Source: Schmidtea polychroa
Taxonomy: Eukaryota
NCBI GenBank assembly: GCA_044892525.1
Contig: CM097885.1
Span: 139,996,001-140,060,000, forward strand
Reading direction: 5' to 3'
DNA length: 64,000 bases
The notes under the pieces were generated by a model, which saw only the letters and a list, made by a program, of their open reading frames with translations, was not told the origin of the DNA and made no database searches. Shown here in pieces: positions 1-14,900 of this stretch (within the stretch, counting starts at the first letter, position 1; each line of letters starts with the position of its first letter). Made by a program: the position numbers and the translations under genes.

Positions 1-545
1 TGGTATGTTGTAATTTGTGTTAAAATTTCAACGGTTAATATGAAATGCTTCCAAGCATAAATAATTCGTATGTATTATCACGTTTTCCCGAAATTTGCTT
101 CAGTTCTTATAACTAATTTACTTTTGAAAGTGTACTTTTCATAAAATCAAACATATTTTGAGAATATGTCGTAAAAATTGTCATTGAATACATTTTTACT
201 GTTTTAAAACCACTTACGTAAGAAATACAATAGTTTTTGATAAGTAAGTAAGTAAGTAAGCAGAAAACCATCAGATTTCGCGCTGGCATTCCTAAGCACA
301 CCTATATTCAATTTTAACCGTTAAAACTGATATTTCTTCAAACAATTTCACATTCTTTCCGAATTTTCGACTATCACAAGAAGGTTGTTGTACTAACATT
401 TTATGATAATTAGAGAGGGGCACTTTATCAAAAACAGTACTCGATTCAATTTTTATATTTCTAATTTCTCTTTTCCAAATCCAAACAGAATAGACTTTAT
501 TTAAATTTACCAATTATAATGATAATAATAAGAAGAGAAACATTA

Positions 546-652
546 ACTGACGATATTTAAATTGATATATTGTTTAAATATTCAGATTTTACAATAAAAA
601 TATATTTGAAAATAGCGTGTTAGTTTTAATGATTTTTAATGAAAATGTTACT
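546..652 (+). repeat. 5' LTR of gypsy element 1
   Basis: Matches 3286-3392; immediately followed by a PBS. Confidence 0.9.
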
Positions 653-1228
653 GGCGACCACGTCGAAATCGCAGCTCTGACGAGATCACAGCAAAGGCAG
701 AAAATTGTTGAATCTTTGCCAAAGAATATTCAAGATTCAATTTATCCAGTGATAAAGAAGTTTTTTGGAGGAAAAGAAGAAAATGCACAGGACTGGCTTG
801 TATCTATTGAAGAATTTGTAATGATAAATTCGCTCAATTTAAGAGCAGCATTCGATTTGTTATTACATGGAGACGCAAAAGAGTTATGGATGGCCTTTAA
901 GGAAGCACAAAAGACTCCGGCCTCAGATCAATAGATAAAAAGATGGTTTATTTTAAAATATGTAAAATTCAAAAGTTTTTTGCAAATTATCGAAGACATG
1001 AGTCTGATAAAGCAGGTATCGGACGAAAGGTTTGAAAATTTTGTAATCAGAGTGAGGAAATTAGTGCGCAAAGTTCTTTCGCAAATCAAACACAAGACAT
1101 GATTGTCAAGGATATTGTAAGAAGACCTATGTATTCAGAAAAGGTTAAGGATGCAATTGCAATGAACCCAGAAGTATCTCTTACAGAAAAAGAGAAAGTG
1201 TGGCAGTCCAGTTTTAAAACCGGTAAAT

Positions 1229-3251
1229 ATGGCGCTCAGAGGGGCGTTTGGAAATAATCGCTTAGGTGACTTTACAACTTCGATTGTTTGGAATGAATTG
1301 TGTCAGAAAGTGAATGTAATTGTGGTTAGGGATATAAGTCCAAGTTTTGTGGGTGGAATGAATTTGATTTTAGCTTTTCAAATAAAACTTGTGCCAGATG
1401 CATCAATTGCATTAATAGATTGAGATACGGTTGGTGTTAGCTACAGTGATACCGAACGATGTAAAAAAGCGCTGGATGTTTTGGGACCAAATTCAGACCC
1501 AAAACTGTTGGAGTTAGTAACCATGTATAGTACGATCTTCATGCCATCAGATTTTGATCTAGGTTGTACTACTTTGGTTACACATAATATAAAAACGTCT
1601 GGAAATTCAATTATTCAAAATCATAGGCGCATGGCAATGCAGATAGAATCAAAAGTGGACGATATGATTATTAAATTATTAAAAATGGAAAGTTGGATCA
1701 ATCAGGATGTGTCAAGATATTAAGAAGGTTAATGAAGTTACTGAAAAATTCAGTTTTCCAATGGCAGATCCTCAAACAATATTCGATTCTTTGTCCGGAT
1801 CTTCAGTTTATTCGTTCCTAGACTTGGGGCAGGCATATTATCAGGTACATGTGGATGAAGCGTCTCAGTTAAAAACAGCGTTTTCTACAAAGAAAGGACA
1901 GTTTTGCTACAATCGAATGCCATTTGGATTATCCACAGCTCCAGCAACTTTTTTTTCAAAGACTTATGCACATATTATTTGATGATATTTTGTATAACGG
2001 TGTTGCAGCATATTTAGATGATGTTCTGATATATGGAAAAACTATCGAAGAACACAATAGAAATTTGGAGGAAGTTTTCAAGCAAATTAAATCAGCAGAA
2101 TTACGGATCAATCCTAAGTGTAATTTTTATAAGAGTGAATTGATATTCTTGGGCCATAAAATGTCAGCAGAAGAAATATCTACGAATAACAATATGATAA
2201 AGAGAATTATTGAGGTTGAAATACCGAAATGCAGGAAACAACCACGTTCATTTTTGAGATTAGCAAATTATTATCGGAAATTTGTTCCAATTTTTTTGCT
2301 GAAATAGCCAAACCATTGTATGAAACTACAAAGGAACATGACAAATATATTAAATGGAATGACAAGTGTGAAAAAAGTTTCTGAAAACTTAACCAGGTAT
2401 TATCGAGTGGTATATGTGATATATGCATGAGAAGGAAAGTTTTGACAAGTTAAACAGCTGAATATTTTATTCCTAGGGTAATAATGAATTCGATGGAACA
2501 AATCGTAATCAATATTGCTAATATGAAGGAAACCAGAAACCGTAACCGGTATTTGCTAGTAATAATTGATCAGTTCAGCAATATGGTTAGTTTAACGCCT
2601 ACTCCGAACCAAGATGAAAAGACTGTATATCGTGTACTTTTACACAATTGGATATACAAATTCGGTAAACCAGCTTACATTGTTTCGGATAGAGGTAAGG
2701 TTTTCGAGGGAAGTCAAATCAAAGGGTTAATTGATAATTTTAACATCGAATGGATATTTACTTCGCCATATGATCATAAGTCTAATGGTTTAGCAGAACG
2801 GGTAATACGAACAGTTCGAGATATGATCGTGACATTTTTGAGTGATGGTCAAATTGGAGGGTGTTGGGGCGACATTATGCCAAAATTTGAATATTCCCTA
2901 AACTCAACAACACAGAATTCTACGGGATTTTCGCCAATGAAAATACTATTTGGAAGATAGGTTAATATACATGGAAAGAATTCATTCATAGAACTTAATC
3001 GAGAACAAGTATTATTGACAGCACAGAATAATGTTATGGTAGCGGCAGATAAAATGAGATCGAAAGATGCAGATAAGAAAAGTCATCGGCATTTTGAGGT
3101 AGGTCAAAGAGTCCTAGTAAAAATGAATCCACATAAGAGATCAAAACATGGTAATTTGTCCGAAGGTCCTGTAAAGATTCTTGGTTTTCCAACGGAACAC
3201 CAAGTTGAACTAGAATATCCAGATGGGAAAAGATGCAGAAGAATTGAATGA
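1229..3251 (+). pseudogene. Fragmented gypsy pol (protease tail, RT, integrase)
   Basis: FLDLGQAYYQV, FCYNRMPFGL, YLDDVLIYG, IVSDRG, SNGLAER motifs across several frames. Confidence 0.9.
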
Positions 3252-3285
3252 CTGAAAGAGTATCACAGTTCTTAAAGAATGGGAG

Positions 3286-3392
3286 ACTGACGATATTTAA
3301 ATTGATATATTGTTTAAATATTCAGATTTTATAATAAATATATATTTGAAAATAGCGTGTTAGTTTTAATGATTTTTAATGAAAATGTTACT
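3286..3392 (+). repeat. 3' LTR of gypsy element 1
   Basis: Matches 546-652; preceded by a PPT. Confidence 0.9.
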
Positions 3393-3771
3393 CGTCATTT
3401 TAAATATCTTATTAATGGTTATCCGAAATAATATCGATGATATCGTTTATTAATATTGAATTTATAAATCCTATGGTACTTCTGATCAATTGTGAAAATG
3501 ATTATATTAATAAATTAATAAAACTATCAAAATCTTTTATCTGGTTCACTATCGATTAAAGATATAAAATTTCCATTTTCATATAAAATAATTGATGAAG
3601 AAATTAGATTTAAACACAAAAATAATCTATCAAATTGTCATCGCAAAACAGAAAAATTTAAATTAATAAGATTTTTTTCTCCCCTTAAAGTTTGAAAAAA
3701 CTAATAATTAATTATTTGTTTTTGTAAATTTGAAATGGTATTTTCACAAAAGATTATGACAAAACTTACTC

Positions 3772-3982
3772 CATCGTCAAAAGTTTCATTAGTAACATTA
3801 TTATTTAGTTGATCGGATTTAATAATTTTTTCCAATTTAACTTTATTAACAGTTGTAAACTGAACTGAAGTGTTACTACTTTCGTCATAGGATAACAGCT
3901 GATTGAGAGTTCCATTTTGTGAAGTTTTGTTTGTCTCTGCTGTAGAGCTAGATTGAACTGTTTCCTTATTTTTAGGAACCAT
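3772..3982 (-). CDS. Possible first exon of an unknown gene (Ser/Thr/Asn-rich)
   Basis: ATG-started ORF with an internal GTAAGT donor near 3770; no recognisable domain. Confidence 0.2.
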
Positions 3983-5912
3983 TATTGGCGGCAGAACTGT
4001 TAAGTTGAATAATTAATGTAGAGAAATTGAAAAAATTACAATAATTAATGAAAATTATTTCCGCGTAAAATGAGTAATAACTAATTGATTTAAATCATGC
4101 TTCAATAAAAAACAAAAGGATCAAAATTCAACATTCTTATTTTGACAGTGAAATGTCACATAAATTTGAATTTCAATTATACCATTTTGGTGGATCCCCT
4201 AATGCTTGTCGATACATACCGAGGTATAATTGAAAGTTATTATTGAAAACACGATTATAATTATATTAAAAACCAAAGCAAACCACGGATTTTATTTAAC
4301 CCAGTTATTTCTGAAACTTTTTTTTTATATTTGAAGATGTTTACAAACGTGCTATCGGTACAAAAGCCCAATGGTAACTAATAAAAAAAATATGCATTGT
4401 CATTGCAATACCATCAAGTGTCGCCATAATCAAAAATTGTATCAAAAATAATGTTATCATATGATAAAATATTTTAATTTGTAATAGATTACCTACTGTC
4501 CTTTTGATATATAATACGATTTTCCTTTCTCCCTTGAGTAATTGCAAAAACTAGTATATTTACCCGTCAGCACTTGAAGTTTTAACCTTGTTATACATGA
4601 TAGTGTATTCGCTGTAAAAGGACTATATAATTTTGTTGTAAAGTTGATTTAAAAATATCTCAAGTGAAAAAAAAATTGTGTATTATGACATTTATAAACA
4701 TCAATGCTCTGCATAAATATGACATATTACTAGCAAAAATGATGGAAATTTTAATATTTTTATTATTTGCTGTTGGAATACTGAGTATTATTAGTGGGAA
4801 CGAAAAATGTATTGTTTATAATATGATAGGAAAAACTATTGGTGTAAATTAACCTCGTAAACCTTTCTCAGAGCCAGTTTATATCCCAATAATGTCATGA
4901 TGAGATTGGATCAATATGTTGAGCTCCAACCGCCTAATCAAAATAATAATTCTAATAAATATTATTCAAAATTCTTGATATTCTTGAGGGAAACATCGAT
5001 TAAAAAATGCAATTTCATTGTAATGTTTGTATGGGTGTGATGATGGGTAATATTGAATGGCAATCTGATTTAAAACATTAAGGAGTCCTATGGTGAGGAA
5101 CTAAAATTTTCAATTTACGTTAAATGCAAACTATATGCTTAGAAAATGTTTGAGTAGAATCAATTTTTGTTCTGGCTTATCACCTTTGATCAATTCGATG
5201 TAAGTGGTCCGAATCACTGACATAAATTATTATATGTTTTGATATGTAATATGTATATAGAACCGAAAAATTAAAAAATTCATACGCGAAAATTAAAAAA
5301 TGTCAAACTTATATAAAAATCTAAAATTTATTTTCGAATTTTCATATTTAATGAGGGATTGGCTTGAATAAAATTTAAACAGAAATACTAGACATCGTAA
5401 AATTCACCTTTGATATCGTTTTTCTATATCAACCATTTTCAAAAAAATCAGTTTCATTTAAATACAGATTAAAATTTGAGTGGCTTTCATTATTTAATGA
5501 TATTGTTTTTCAATCGAAGCTCAGACCAATCGAAGCTCTAGTGATGTTGAATTAAATATGTCGTGTAAGCTTTCACCATTTGCTAATTCAAAAAAACGGT
5601 TCTTTTTCTTGTATTATAATATCATAAAATATGACATCAAATCAAAAAGAATTTGGAAGCTTTCCCTGTTTTTTGATTTATAAAATTTTGAGTTAGTGCC
5701 AAATATGAGGATATTATCTTAAGATGGAACGAATTTATGCTTGTAAATTATAAAAAATCAATATTTTTTTCAAAACTAAATTTATCGAAAATGGTAAACA
5801 TATAGAACTAAATTTAACGTATTAACTTTTAACCAAAATTAAAGCTTCTTCTTTTCTAATCAATGAATAAAAGAGAAAGTAAATGGTTTGTTCCAAATAG
5901 AATTATGTAGAC

Positions 5913-8403
5913 CATGGGTGGGCAAACTACGGCCCGCGGGCCGCATGCGGCCCGACAGAGTATATTATGCGGCCCGTATGCATGTACATGTGGCGATCCT
6001 ATGCGAAATTAATTTTCTTTGTTTGGAGCTTAGACTTGCAGTTTTGCCTATATTTTTGAAATGTATTTCTTATTGCTTTGATTCGAATTTATGTATATTA
6101 AATCGATTTTATGGCTCCAGAATATTATTAATTACTGGTCATTACTAGTTAACATTGAAACTGCTTTTCCGCTCAACCAGAAGAGGATTTTATTTACAAT
6201 TTACATTTTGAAAGGCTTTGTAAAAATTGTAATTTTAAAGCGAATAGACTTTGAATTACCCATGAGTGTTGCTAAAAAAAGAAAGATTGAAGACGAATGT
6301 CGTGCTTTTAATGTCGAATGGACTGCTAAATACTGCTTCACGAGCGTTGGGAGCAAATCAGTCTGCTTGCTGTGCCGTGAGTGTGTGAGCGTCTTTAAAG
6401 AGTACAACTTGAAAAGACACTACGAAACAAGACATTTGGATTTCGGGCGCAATTTAACAAACGAAGAGAGAAAAAAGAAATGCCAGGAGTTGGTTAATAA
6501 TTTAAAGAAGCAGCAAACTGTTCTCACCAAACATTCTGTAATACAAGATATTGCAACCGAGACCAGTTTGATGCTGTCCCATAAGATTGTAAAACGTAAC
6601 AAGCCCTTTTCTGACGGCGAGTTCATTAAGGAATGCTTGTCAGATGCAGCAAGCATTATGTGTCCAGACAGAAAACAAAATTTGACAGCATTTCTTTATC
6701 AAGGAGAACCGTAGTCAGGCGTGTTGAAAAGATAAGTGACAATTTGATGCACCAACTTCGAGATGCAAGCAAAGACTTTTTGTGGTATTCTCTTGCATTG
6801 GACGAAAGTACCGATGTACAGGACACAGCCCAAATGTTGGTATTTATACGGGGAATAAACACTCGTTTCGAGCTTACTGAAGAATTACTTAGTGTTGAGC
6901 CGCTCAAAGACACAACCACAGGCCAGGATTTATTCAACTCTGTTGAGAACTGTGTTGAAAGAACTGGGTTGATGTGGAACAAGATGGCAAGTGTAACAAC
7001 CGATGGAGCGCGAGCTTTGACTGGAAAAAATGTTGGTCTGGTGAAGTTGATGAATAATAAAATTAAAGAAAAACATCCTAACCATGCACTTTACCTCTCC
7101 ACTGTGTCATCCATCAGGAAAGTCTGTGTAAAGCTGCATTGCATATTAAGCATGTTATTGATCCAGTTGTCAGTGTGATAAAACTCATCAGAGCCAGGGC
7201 ACTTAATCACAGGCAGTTTCAGACACTGCTTAAAGATTTGGAAACTGAACATTCTGACGTTATCTACCACAGCAGTGTAAGGTGGCTAAGCCTAGGCAAG
7301 ATATTAAGGCGAGTGTGGGATCTCAAGGAAAAAATAGTTATGTTCTTGGAGATGAAGGGGGTTGTTTGTGACTTTGGCACTAACATTGTTAACGAAGAGT
7401 GGAAGTCAGACTTCATGTTTGCCATTGACATTATGGAAAAGTTGAATGAGCTGAATGTTAAACTTCAGGGCAATAGCTTGTTTGCACATGAAATGTATGT
7501 ACATGTTAAATCGTTTCAGGCAAAACTCTCCCTGTTCTCTAGGCAAGCTGGTGAAAACAGGTTTTGCAATTTCCCTTTGCTGAATCAGAATACCATTTCT
7601 GGTCAAATGGCTGACAAGTACAAGGCTCAGTTGGATGCCTTGGTTGTGGAGTTTGAAAGAGGTTCCAAGACTTCAAAACCCTAGAACCACTCTTCAATAT
7701 CCTCAGTTCGCCATTTAGTGCAGAAGCTGATTCAGCCCCAGAGGATATACAGTTAGAACTGCTTGACTTACAAGCAGAAAATGACCTGAAGGAGAAGTTC
7801 AAGTCAGTTCTTATGGATGTTTGTTAGCAGCAGTATTTCCGCAGCTAAAACACTTTGCTGCCACGCTTTTGTCACTATTTGGGTCCACATACATTTGTGA
7901 GCAAGCGTTTTCATGTATGAAAATAAATAAGTCTAAGAACAGATCGATGTTGACTGACTGCAATTTAAATGCAGTTATGCGAATCACAACCAGTAAACTG
8001 GTTCCACAGTTCAAGAAAATTATTCAAAATTGTGAACAGTTACATACTTCTCATTAATTATATTTGTACATTGTGGTCGGCCTGTATGTAAATTAAGTTT
8101 CTTTGTCTTCATAATTATTATGATGTGTAACAATAAACTTTTGTTGGAATAATTATGAATAGTAAAATCTTATTCCCAAATTAGCAATTCGTTTAGTTCC
8201 TATTTGAAAATGTAATGTGCATTTGTAATAGAGTGGGAATGTGAAATAAACTGACAAATACATGACTATTCTCATCAATTCATATTTTCATAAGTTGTAA
8301 AAATTGTAACTAAAGTAAAGTAGTAGACAAAATATATATGCGGCCCCCGATAACAATCAAGTTTTCTATGTGGCCCTTTATAGAAAAAGTTTGCCCATCC
8401 CTG
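5913..8403 (+). mobile_element. hAT DNA transposon, Buster/SPIN-like, full length
   Basis: TIRs CATGGGTGGGCAAACT / AGTTTGCCCATCCCTG; perfect 8-bp TSD ATGTAGAC (5905-5912, 8404-8411) with the central TA typical of Busters. Confidence 0.95.
6262..8057 (+). pseudogene. Frameshifted hAT transposase (GTF2IRD2/SPIN-like)
   Basis: BED-like CLLC..KRHYETRH, SLALDEST, TTDGA, VRWLS and FGSTYICEQAFS motifs split over at least 4 frames. Confidence 0.93.
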
Positions 8404-8419
8404 ATGTAGACCCTATATT

Positions 8420-8700
8420 TTAAGTCAAAATTTCGCCTTGAAATCTTGTTTCGAGTTAGCCTACGTACCTTGATGTGAAGAGTTTACTGTTTAGGATTTT
8501 ACTTCAGATAAAGTTTATAGCCATTACAGCATCTTGTAAAATTTGGTGAAGGTTGGGTTGCATATCTTACGCAACTAGCGCATGTCAGTGTGTCGTGCAA
8601 TAGTCAAAGGTCATGTGAGATGCAATACTTTTATTAGATTTTTCAAATCTTTGCTTTCACCAGTAAGGTGAACGATACCATACGAAAAAATAGTTACATA
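8420..8700 (-). pseudogene. Older, heavily decayed hAT (Charlie/ZBED5-like) transposase fragment
   Basis: Minus strand reads LTGESKDLKNLIK.IASHMTFDYCTTH*HALVA*DMQPNLHQILQDAVMAINFI, matching the CxxH region of hAT transposases. Confidence 0.65.
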
Positions 8701-9668
8701 ATTTGATCAAAAAACGAATTTATGATTAAATATTTATACCCTGATGGTATTTTCCTCCAAAATACTTTTGAAAATGTGATGATTTCCAAAGAAGTCACTC
8801 AGTTTGCACACCAGAATACTCTAATCATTTTTATAAAGAATTTTTGAATTATATATAAAAATTATGTTACGTTAATAAAAATTTATATGCATGCAAACAA
8901 TTCGACAAATACTCCATTACATTTACAGTATATATACCAACATGAATGTTCTTAATAAACACTGAGTAAAAAGAACTTTAAAAAGATAATGTTTAAGAGA
9001 TAACCGGGGTGTAATACCAAATACTCTAACCTCAAATTGAAAATAAGCATAGAAATCTATGTACCTATCCAAAAGTTAAGGAAAAGTATAAAAAAAAAGT
9101 ATAAATAATCTCTTTAAAGAGGAAAATTGTTATATATTTTCTAACTCTTGCGGATATAATTAAGCAAATTAATAATTGTAAAATTTATTTCTAAAACATT
9201 TAAATTTAAGTAGTATTTGAAATCAAATAATTATTGCGAAATAAATTAGAGAATCAAGGTAAAAATTAATTGTCTGTGAATGATGATTTTCTAGTAATTC
9301 ACCAGCTGAACCGATTCGTACAAATTGAAATCGTAGTAGACAGTTGTTCGTGGTATACATGATAATTATTAAATATTCATATACGCGTCTGTGCACTACG
9401 TATATATTTTGAATTGAATATTTTTGATAAATGTAGGTTTTGAAATATTCTCTAGCGTTGAAATGATTCTTGATTTTATGATATTTGAATATTTTTAATT
9501 TAAAAAATATGATCAAGACAGTTTTATTGGGTTTTAGTTGTACAAAATTATAAAACTAAAAGATTTGGCAATGACCTTTTCTTTACCAAAGAAAGTATGC
9601 ACCTATGAACATTAACTTTATTGTCAAAGTATTATCAATTAAAAATTAAAGATACAAAAATTCAATAG

Positions 9669-9669
<1 letters not shown>

Positions 9670-9700
<31 letters not shown>
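9670..9700. repeat. (TA)n microsatellite
   Basis: About 15 TA units. Confidence 0.95.
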
Positions 9701-9703
<3 letters not shown>

Positions 9704-11504
9704 TGCATATTTCAGGATTTACATAAACTGAAAATCGACCAAGAGAAAACATTGTGCGATTGAAAATGTAGAACTGGAAAAAATATATAATTTAACAAAC
9801 AAATTCATTAAAAAACAGTACTATTAAACATGTATAACGAATATCGACATTTTATTAAGGAAATAAAACAAATATATTTCGAAAATTGTAATTTTGTTGG
9901 ATTCAATTTTTAAAGGTCTTTAGAAAAATAATTAATGCAATATCGTAACATTTGTTGATAAGCCATTAGTTGGTGGTTAATAAAAGATAGTTTTAAAACC
10001 TATTATCATATGTCTTGAATGAATTTGGGTTGTTTATCTTTTGAAGCTAATAAAACTGGATTTAATATCTAAATATTGATCAGCGAAACAATTATTAATA
10101 TCGATTTAATTTAAATTTATATTGTAATTTTAATCAATTGTGCTAATTCATTATACCAAGTCAAGACTTTACGACAAATTCAAAATAACTGTCAATAATA
10201 ACAATAATAATATAGTTACACAACCACAATTAAAATAATTCATTCTTCATCCAGTGTCATGTAATAACTGTGATATATTACCCACTGAACTCCATAAACC
10301 TTAGGAGTATTTAGAACGTTTATTAATAACATTTATGTACTTTATTAAATTGAAATTCTTGAAGGGCATAAATTTATAAACTAAAATCAAGGAAATGAAA
10401 TAATTATGGCATGGCACTGAATTATACATTAGTAAAATTATAACTCGCTATATGGTATTGGCTATAGATAAATACTAGCGGTAAGGTGTGACGAAATAAT
10501 TGAGATACAATTTTTTAATGTGGGAATATTTGCGGATGGCATATTCAGTTGTTGAGGATTAATAAACAAATTTATGCAACATTCAATATGAAAATAGCAA
10601 GTGCTGTAAATAAGTAGATGAACCAAAGAAAGCCTGTTGTTTCGTATATTTGTAAGTTTCAGTCTAGATATATCACATCATTATTAACCACTTTGAAAAT
10701 ATCAAGGATATATAGTATAGGTTACCACCAGTGGGCACTGAAGAAATCTAAGGAGACATTTCTGTTGTTGAAGATTAGCTTCATTCCCTCGAGTAATACT
10801 CTCATGAACGTACTGAAAAGTTGTATTATTACTAAAAAAATTTATTAAATTTAATTCTAAGACTTTTCTTAAATTACTGCCAAGAGTAGAATAACTGTAA
10901 TTACTATTCTAAGTCATTTGATTTGTTATGCTTGATTAAAATAAAGCTTTTATGGAAATTGAAATAAATGTGTGATTTAGGTTGTTTATTGTTATTAATT
11001 TATTTATTGTATTTGTGGCTGGGTCCTACAGTGTGTCATCGCTATTACGGTTCTCACTCCAAAAAGCCTACCATGAAAAATTTGATATTACCATACATAT
11101 TTTGCTTGTAAATAAGAAACTCTCAAAAATATGGTTGACTCCACTAAATTACATTTCCTATTGATTGCAGTGTTAATAAAAGGATTCAGAAAGCTTTTGT
11201 TTTTTCTTTCTGTTTAACCTCTATCCTCATAAGAGAAGTACTTCATATATTTATCTGATTGTTTTCTTTATTTAGGACACTGCCGAAGTGTGGAAGAAAT
11301 TTTAACTTTTAGTCATCAATTCCATTTTAATTTTAAAATTTGATAGTAAAATTGTAAAAATGTTGATGCAATTTAATATAGTTTATATTTTACTAATTTA
11401 CAACAAACAGAAATTTTTAATTTATAAATTAAATTAGAATTTTAAGAGATTTATTAACAACCATTAAATTTAAAAGAATATGTAATATTATGTAATATTA
11501 ACTA

Positions 11505-11986
<482 letters not shown>

Positions 11987-14900
11987 TGTATATAGTAATA
12001 AATAAATTATTCGACTCTTGCAATAGAATTCTTTTGTTAAAATTGATAAAATGTTAATAATTACTCAATTGAATGAATAAATTTGAAATTTATATTTATA
12101 TTTAATGTATAAGATATATAATTAAACAAAATATTTAAAAGAAACGAGTTAGAATTAAATATCTTAAAATTTTTAACAATAGTACTTATTCAAATTGATT
12201 TTATCTAATAAAAATCTATTTTTGAAAAACTGTTTTGTAACATCCTGTTATAAAATGTAAATTTTTCTGTATTTATATATGGTTGTATGGTTGATATTGC
12301 TGGATTACGATAAGGGGAAAAATCTCCTGTACAAACTTAAACACGTCTATCCCTATATTTTATCAGGCTTCTGAACTATTTGTCTTCACTGCTAGTTCTT
12401 TCCGCAATGCACCAAAGCATTAGTTACCACAAAGTACCCGTCTAAGCGACGTTGCTCCTGTACGCTAGTGGGTAGCCGTAAAAAAAGTGATGCCAATCTC
12501 AAGGACTGCTAATGTCCTAACACACCTCTGAATTAATGACTTGCTGTAAAACGTATCACGCACTATTTATTGTCCTATTTATTACGCCTTTCAATTACGA
12601 ATAAATCAAATTTGATAAAATTCCACCTCCATCAACTCATAATTGATCAAAATCCTATAAAGCATAAGTAATTACTAAATCAAAACTTTAGTATAAAAGT
12701 TTCAAAATGTTAAACCGAAAGCACTATAGCAAATACTTATATTGATCGACAATCCGTTTATCATTCTGTTTCGTTATTTAATTCATTCTTCCCATGAAAT
12801 TCTTGAACTATCCCGCCATCCGCGCATTCTTCTGGCAAAGAAGTCAATTTTTCTCAAGCATATTAGAATAATGTTTTGAATGAGGTTTTTTCTGATGTCG
12901 ATGGACTTATCGACCGGTTTGAAGGTCTGGACGTGAATATTGATGTTTTTGGGAAGAGTTCCATCTCTGCATACGTTTCTCCTTGTTCTGACCCACTTCC
13001 ACATGGTGCTCAACTCTCAAAATTGTGATTTTTTGGGCCTGTTCTCAAATCGTAACTTTAAAGTTTTACATTTTCGTTTGGTTCAATATATGATAGTACT
13101 CATGAATGATGACCATAAGTGGTAGTGGTAAAAGGGGAAATGGGTATTAGAATTGAGAATTGAAACAAGTTAATGGTAATATAAGCTTTTTGCTGTAAAT
13201 TATATGTTACATAAAATGAAAAAATGCACCAAAGATCAGCACTGACATGGTTACAGAAAGTAAATGTTATAATAAACGAAAAACAAATTAAAGCCAATCA
13301 ATGAACTAAATTGTAGGAGAATTATAAACAACAATCAAACCAGCGGAATCCTACACAAAAACGGATATCGCAATAAGGACATTGAAAGAATGAATTCAAA
13401 TTCTTAAAGACCTGGAGATACAACACATAGAAAGAAGAAATAATTTTATCTGAGCATTCCATTCATCAGTGACATTAAGATCCTCAAATAACTTAAATGC
13501 ACTATCTTTCCAATTCATATAGTACATAATTCATGGGCATTGAATGAAGCTTTGGTAAACAATACAAATAACGAAAGCAATGGAAAACTCAAAGACACCT
13601 GTTGGGCTAAAATTTGAAGTGGAGAAAACTGGATCAAATAGGGAAGCGAACCTCGAAAAAATAAACGAAATATGATAAAAAATAAATTACCGCCAAATCT
13701 CAGTAGTAAATAAGGAGAAAACAATAAAATACCAATAAAAGAAATAGGAATAAGTAACCAAAATAAATAAAACCCCTAAGATTTGGAAAAAAGACCAAGG
13801 GAAATGATCCAAAGCACACAGCGGATAAAGTAGAAATAGAATAAGCAAAAAAGTGAGAGAAAATAAACGAGAAATTAAAGAAATAAATAAAAATAAAACC
13901 ATTTTTAAGTCTAATTAAAACAAAAAATTATAGTACAATAAAGTAGCAATAAATCCGCAGGAAAAATAGGAGAAAAATAACAAAAATAAGAAAATAAATA
14001 AAATAATAATAAGAAATAAGTTAATTCATTAAAATATAATATATTATAATATAAACATAAAAATAATAATAAATAACGAAATTACAAACAAGTCGTGTCC
14101 TGATTGGACGAAAAATAATATATAAGGAACGGAAAATATCTGTAGAGTACCACTTTTAAAAAATATTCTACAGGTAAAATTTGGTTTGTTATCACCACTT
14201 TTAAAAAATATTCTACAGACTTTACAGATTTCGGAACCTTTACCTAAGTTATACTACGGCGACTAGTTCAGAAACTACTAAATCAACTCTAGGAAGGAAT
14301 CTATAGTGACCCATCGACAAATCTATTCAGGAAAAACTTTAACTTCAATAGATTTAATCCAGTTTTCGAAACTTGAGGTATGTTGAGTTATTTATGGTTT
14401 AATTTAGTAAATTTTTGTAAAAATAATAAGAACAATTTCATGCAATAAATTTATTTAAACGAAAACAGCCTTTCTTCATGGTGCCGGCGACTCTACCATC
14501 TGGGAGCTTCAAGTATGATGTGGACGAGCAAGAGGTATGACACGGTGGAGAGCACGGCCACGAGGAATTTTCATAACCTGCATCCAGAAGAAGTTGAAAA
14601 GAAATTTGATTCTTAAGGAAACGATAATTTGTTCATGAGATGTTCGCCAATGTTGCGACCAAACGTGCGATGGTATGGAAAAGAGACATCATACTTGGAG
14701 CCCAAATGATATGGTCGCCGGGTAAATTTTATTTATTCACTTGCTCATCATTTATTTTTTATCATTATAAATTGTGCACAAATTATTGATTTAATGAAAT
14801 GCGAATGAGTTGATTGGTTCCTCATGACGGTGCAAGAACGGCGGCAGAAATGAATGCCTTCTTGGGTGTGTCATGAGGGGTGAAGAGACTCAGTAGGTTG

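Larger units (their letters stand above)
546..3392 (+). mobile_element. Internally deleted, decayed Ty3/gypsy LTR retrotransposon (2.85 kb)
   Basis: 107-bp direct repeats at 546-652 and 3286-3392 (2 mismatches seen). PBS TGGCGACCACG follows the 5' LTR; purine tract AAGAATGGGAG precedes the 3' LTR. Frameshifted gag, RT (YLDD) and integrase pieces in gypsy order; RNase H largely absent. No TSD found. Confidence 0.9.

Noticed and set aside
5079-5830. Kolobok-like element starting TTAA|GGAGTCC
   Set aside because: No matching right terminus or second TTAA boundary was found.
13515-13902. Membrane-protein-like hydrophobic ORFs
   Set aside because: Hydrophobicity follows from T-rich low-complexity sequence; no domain or splice support.
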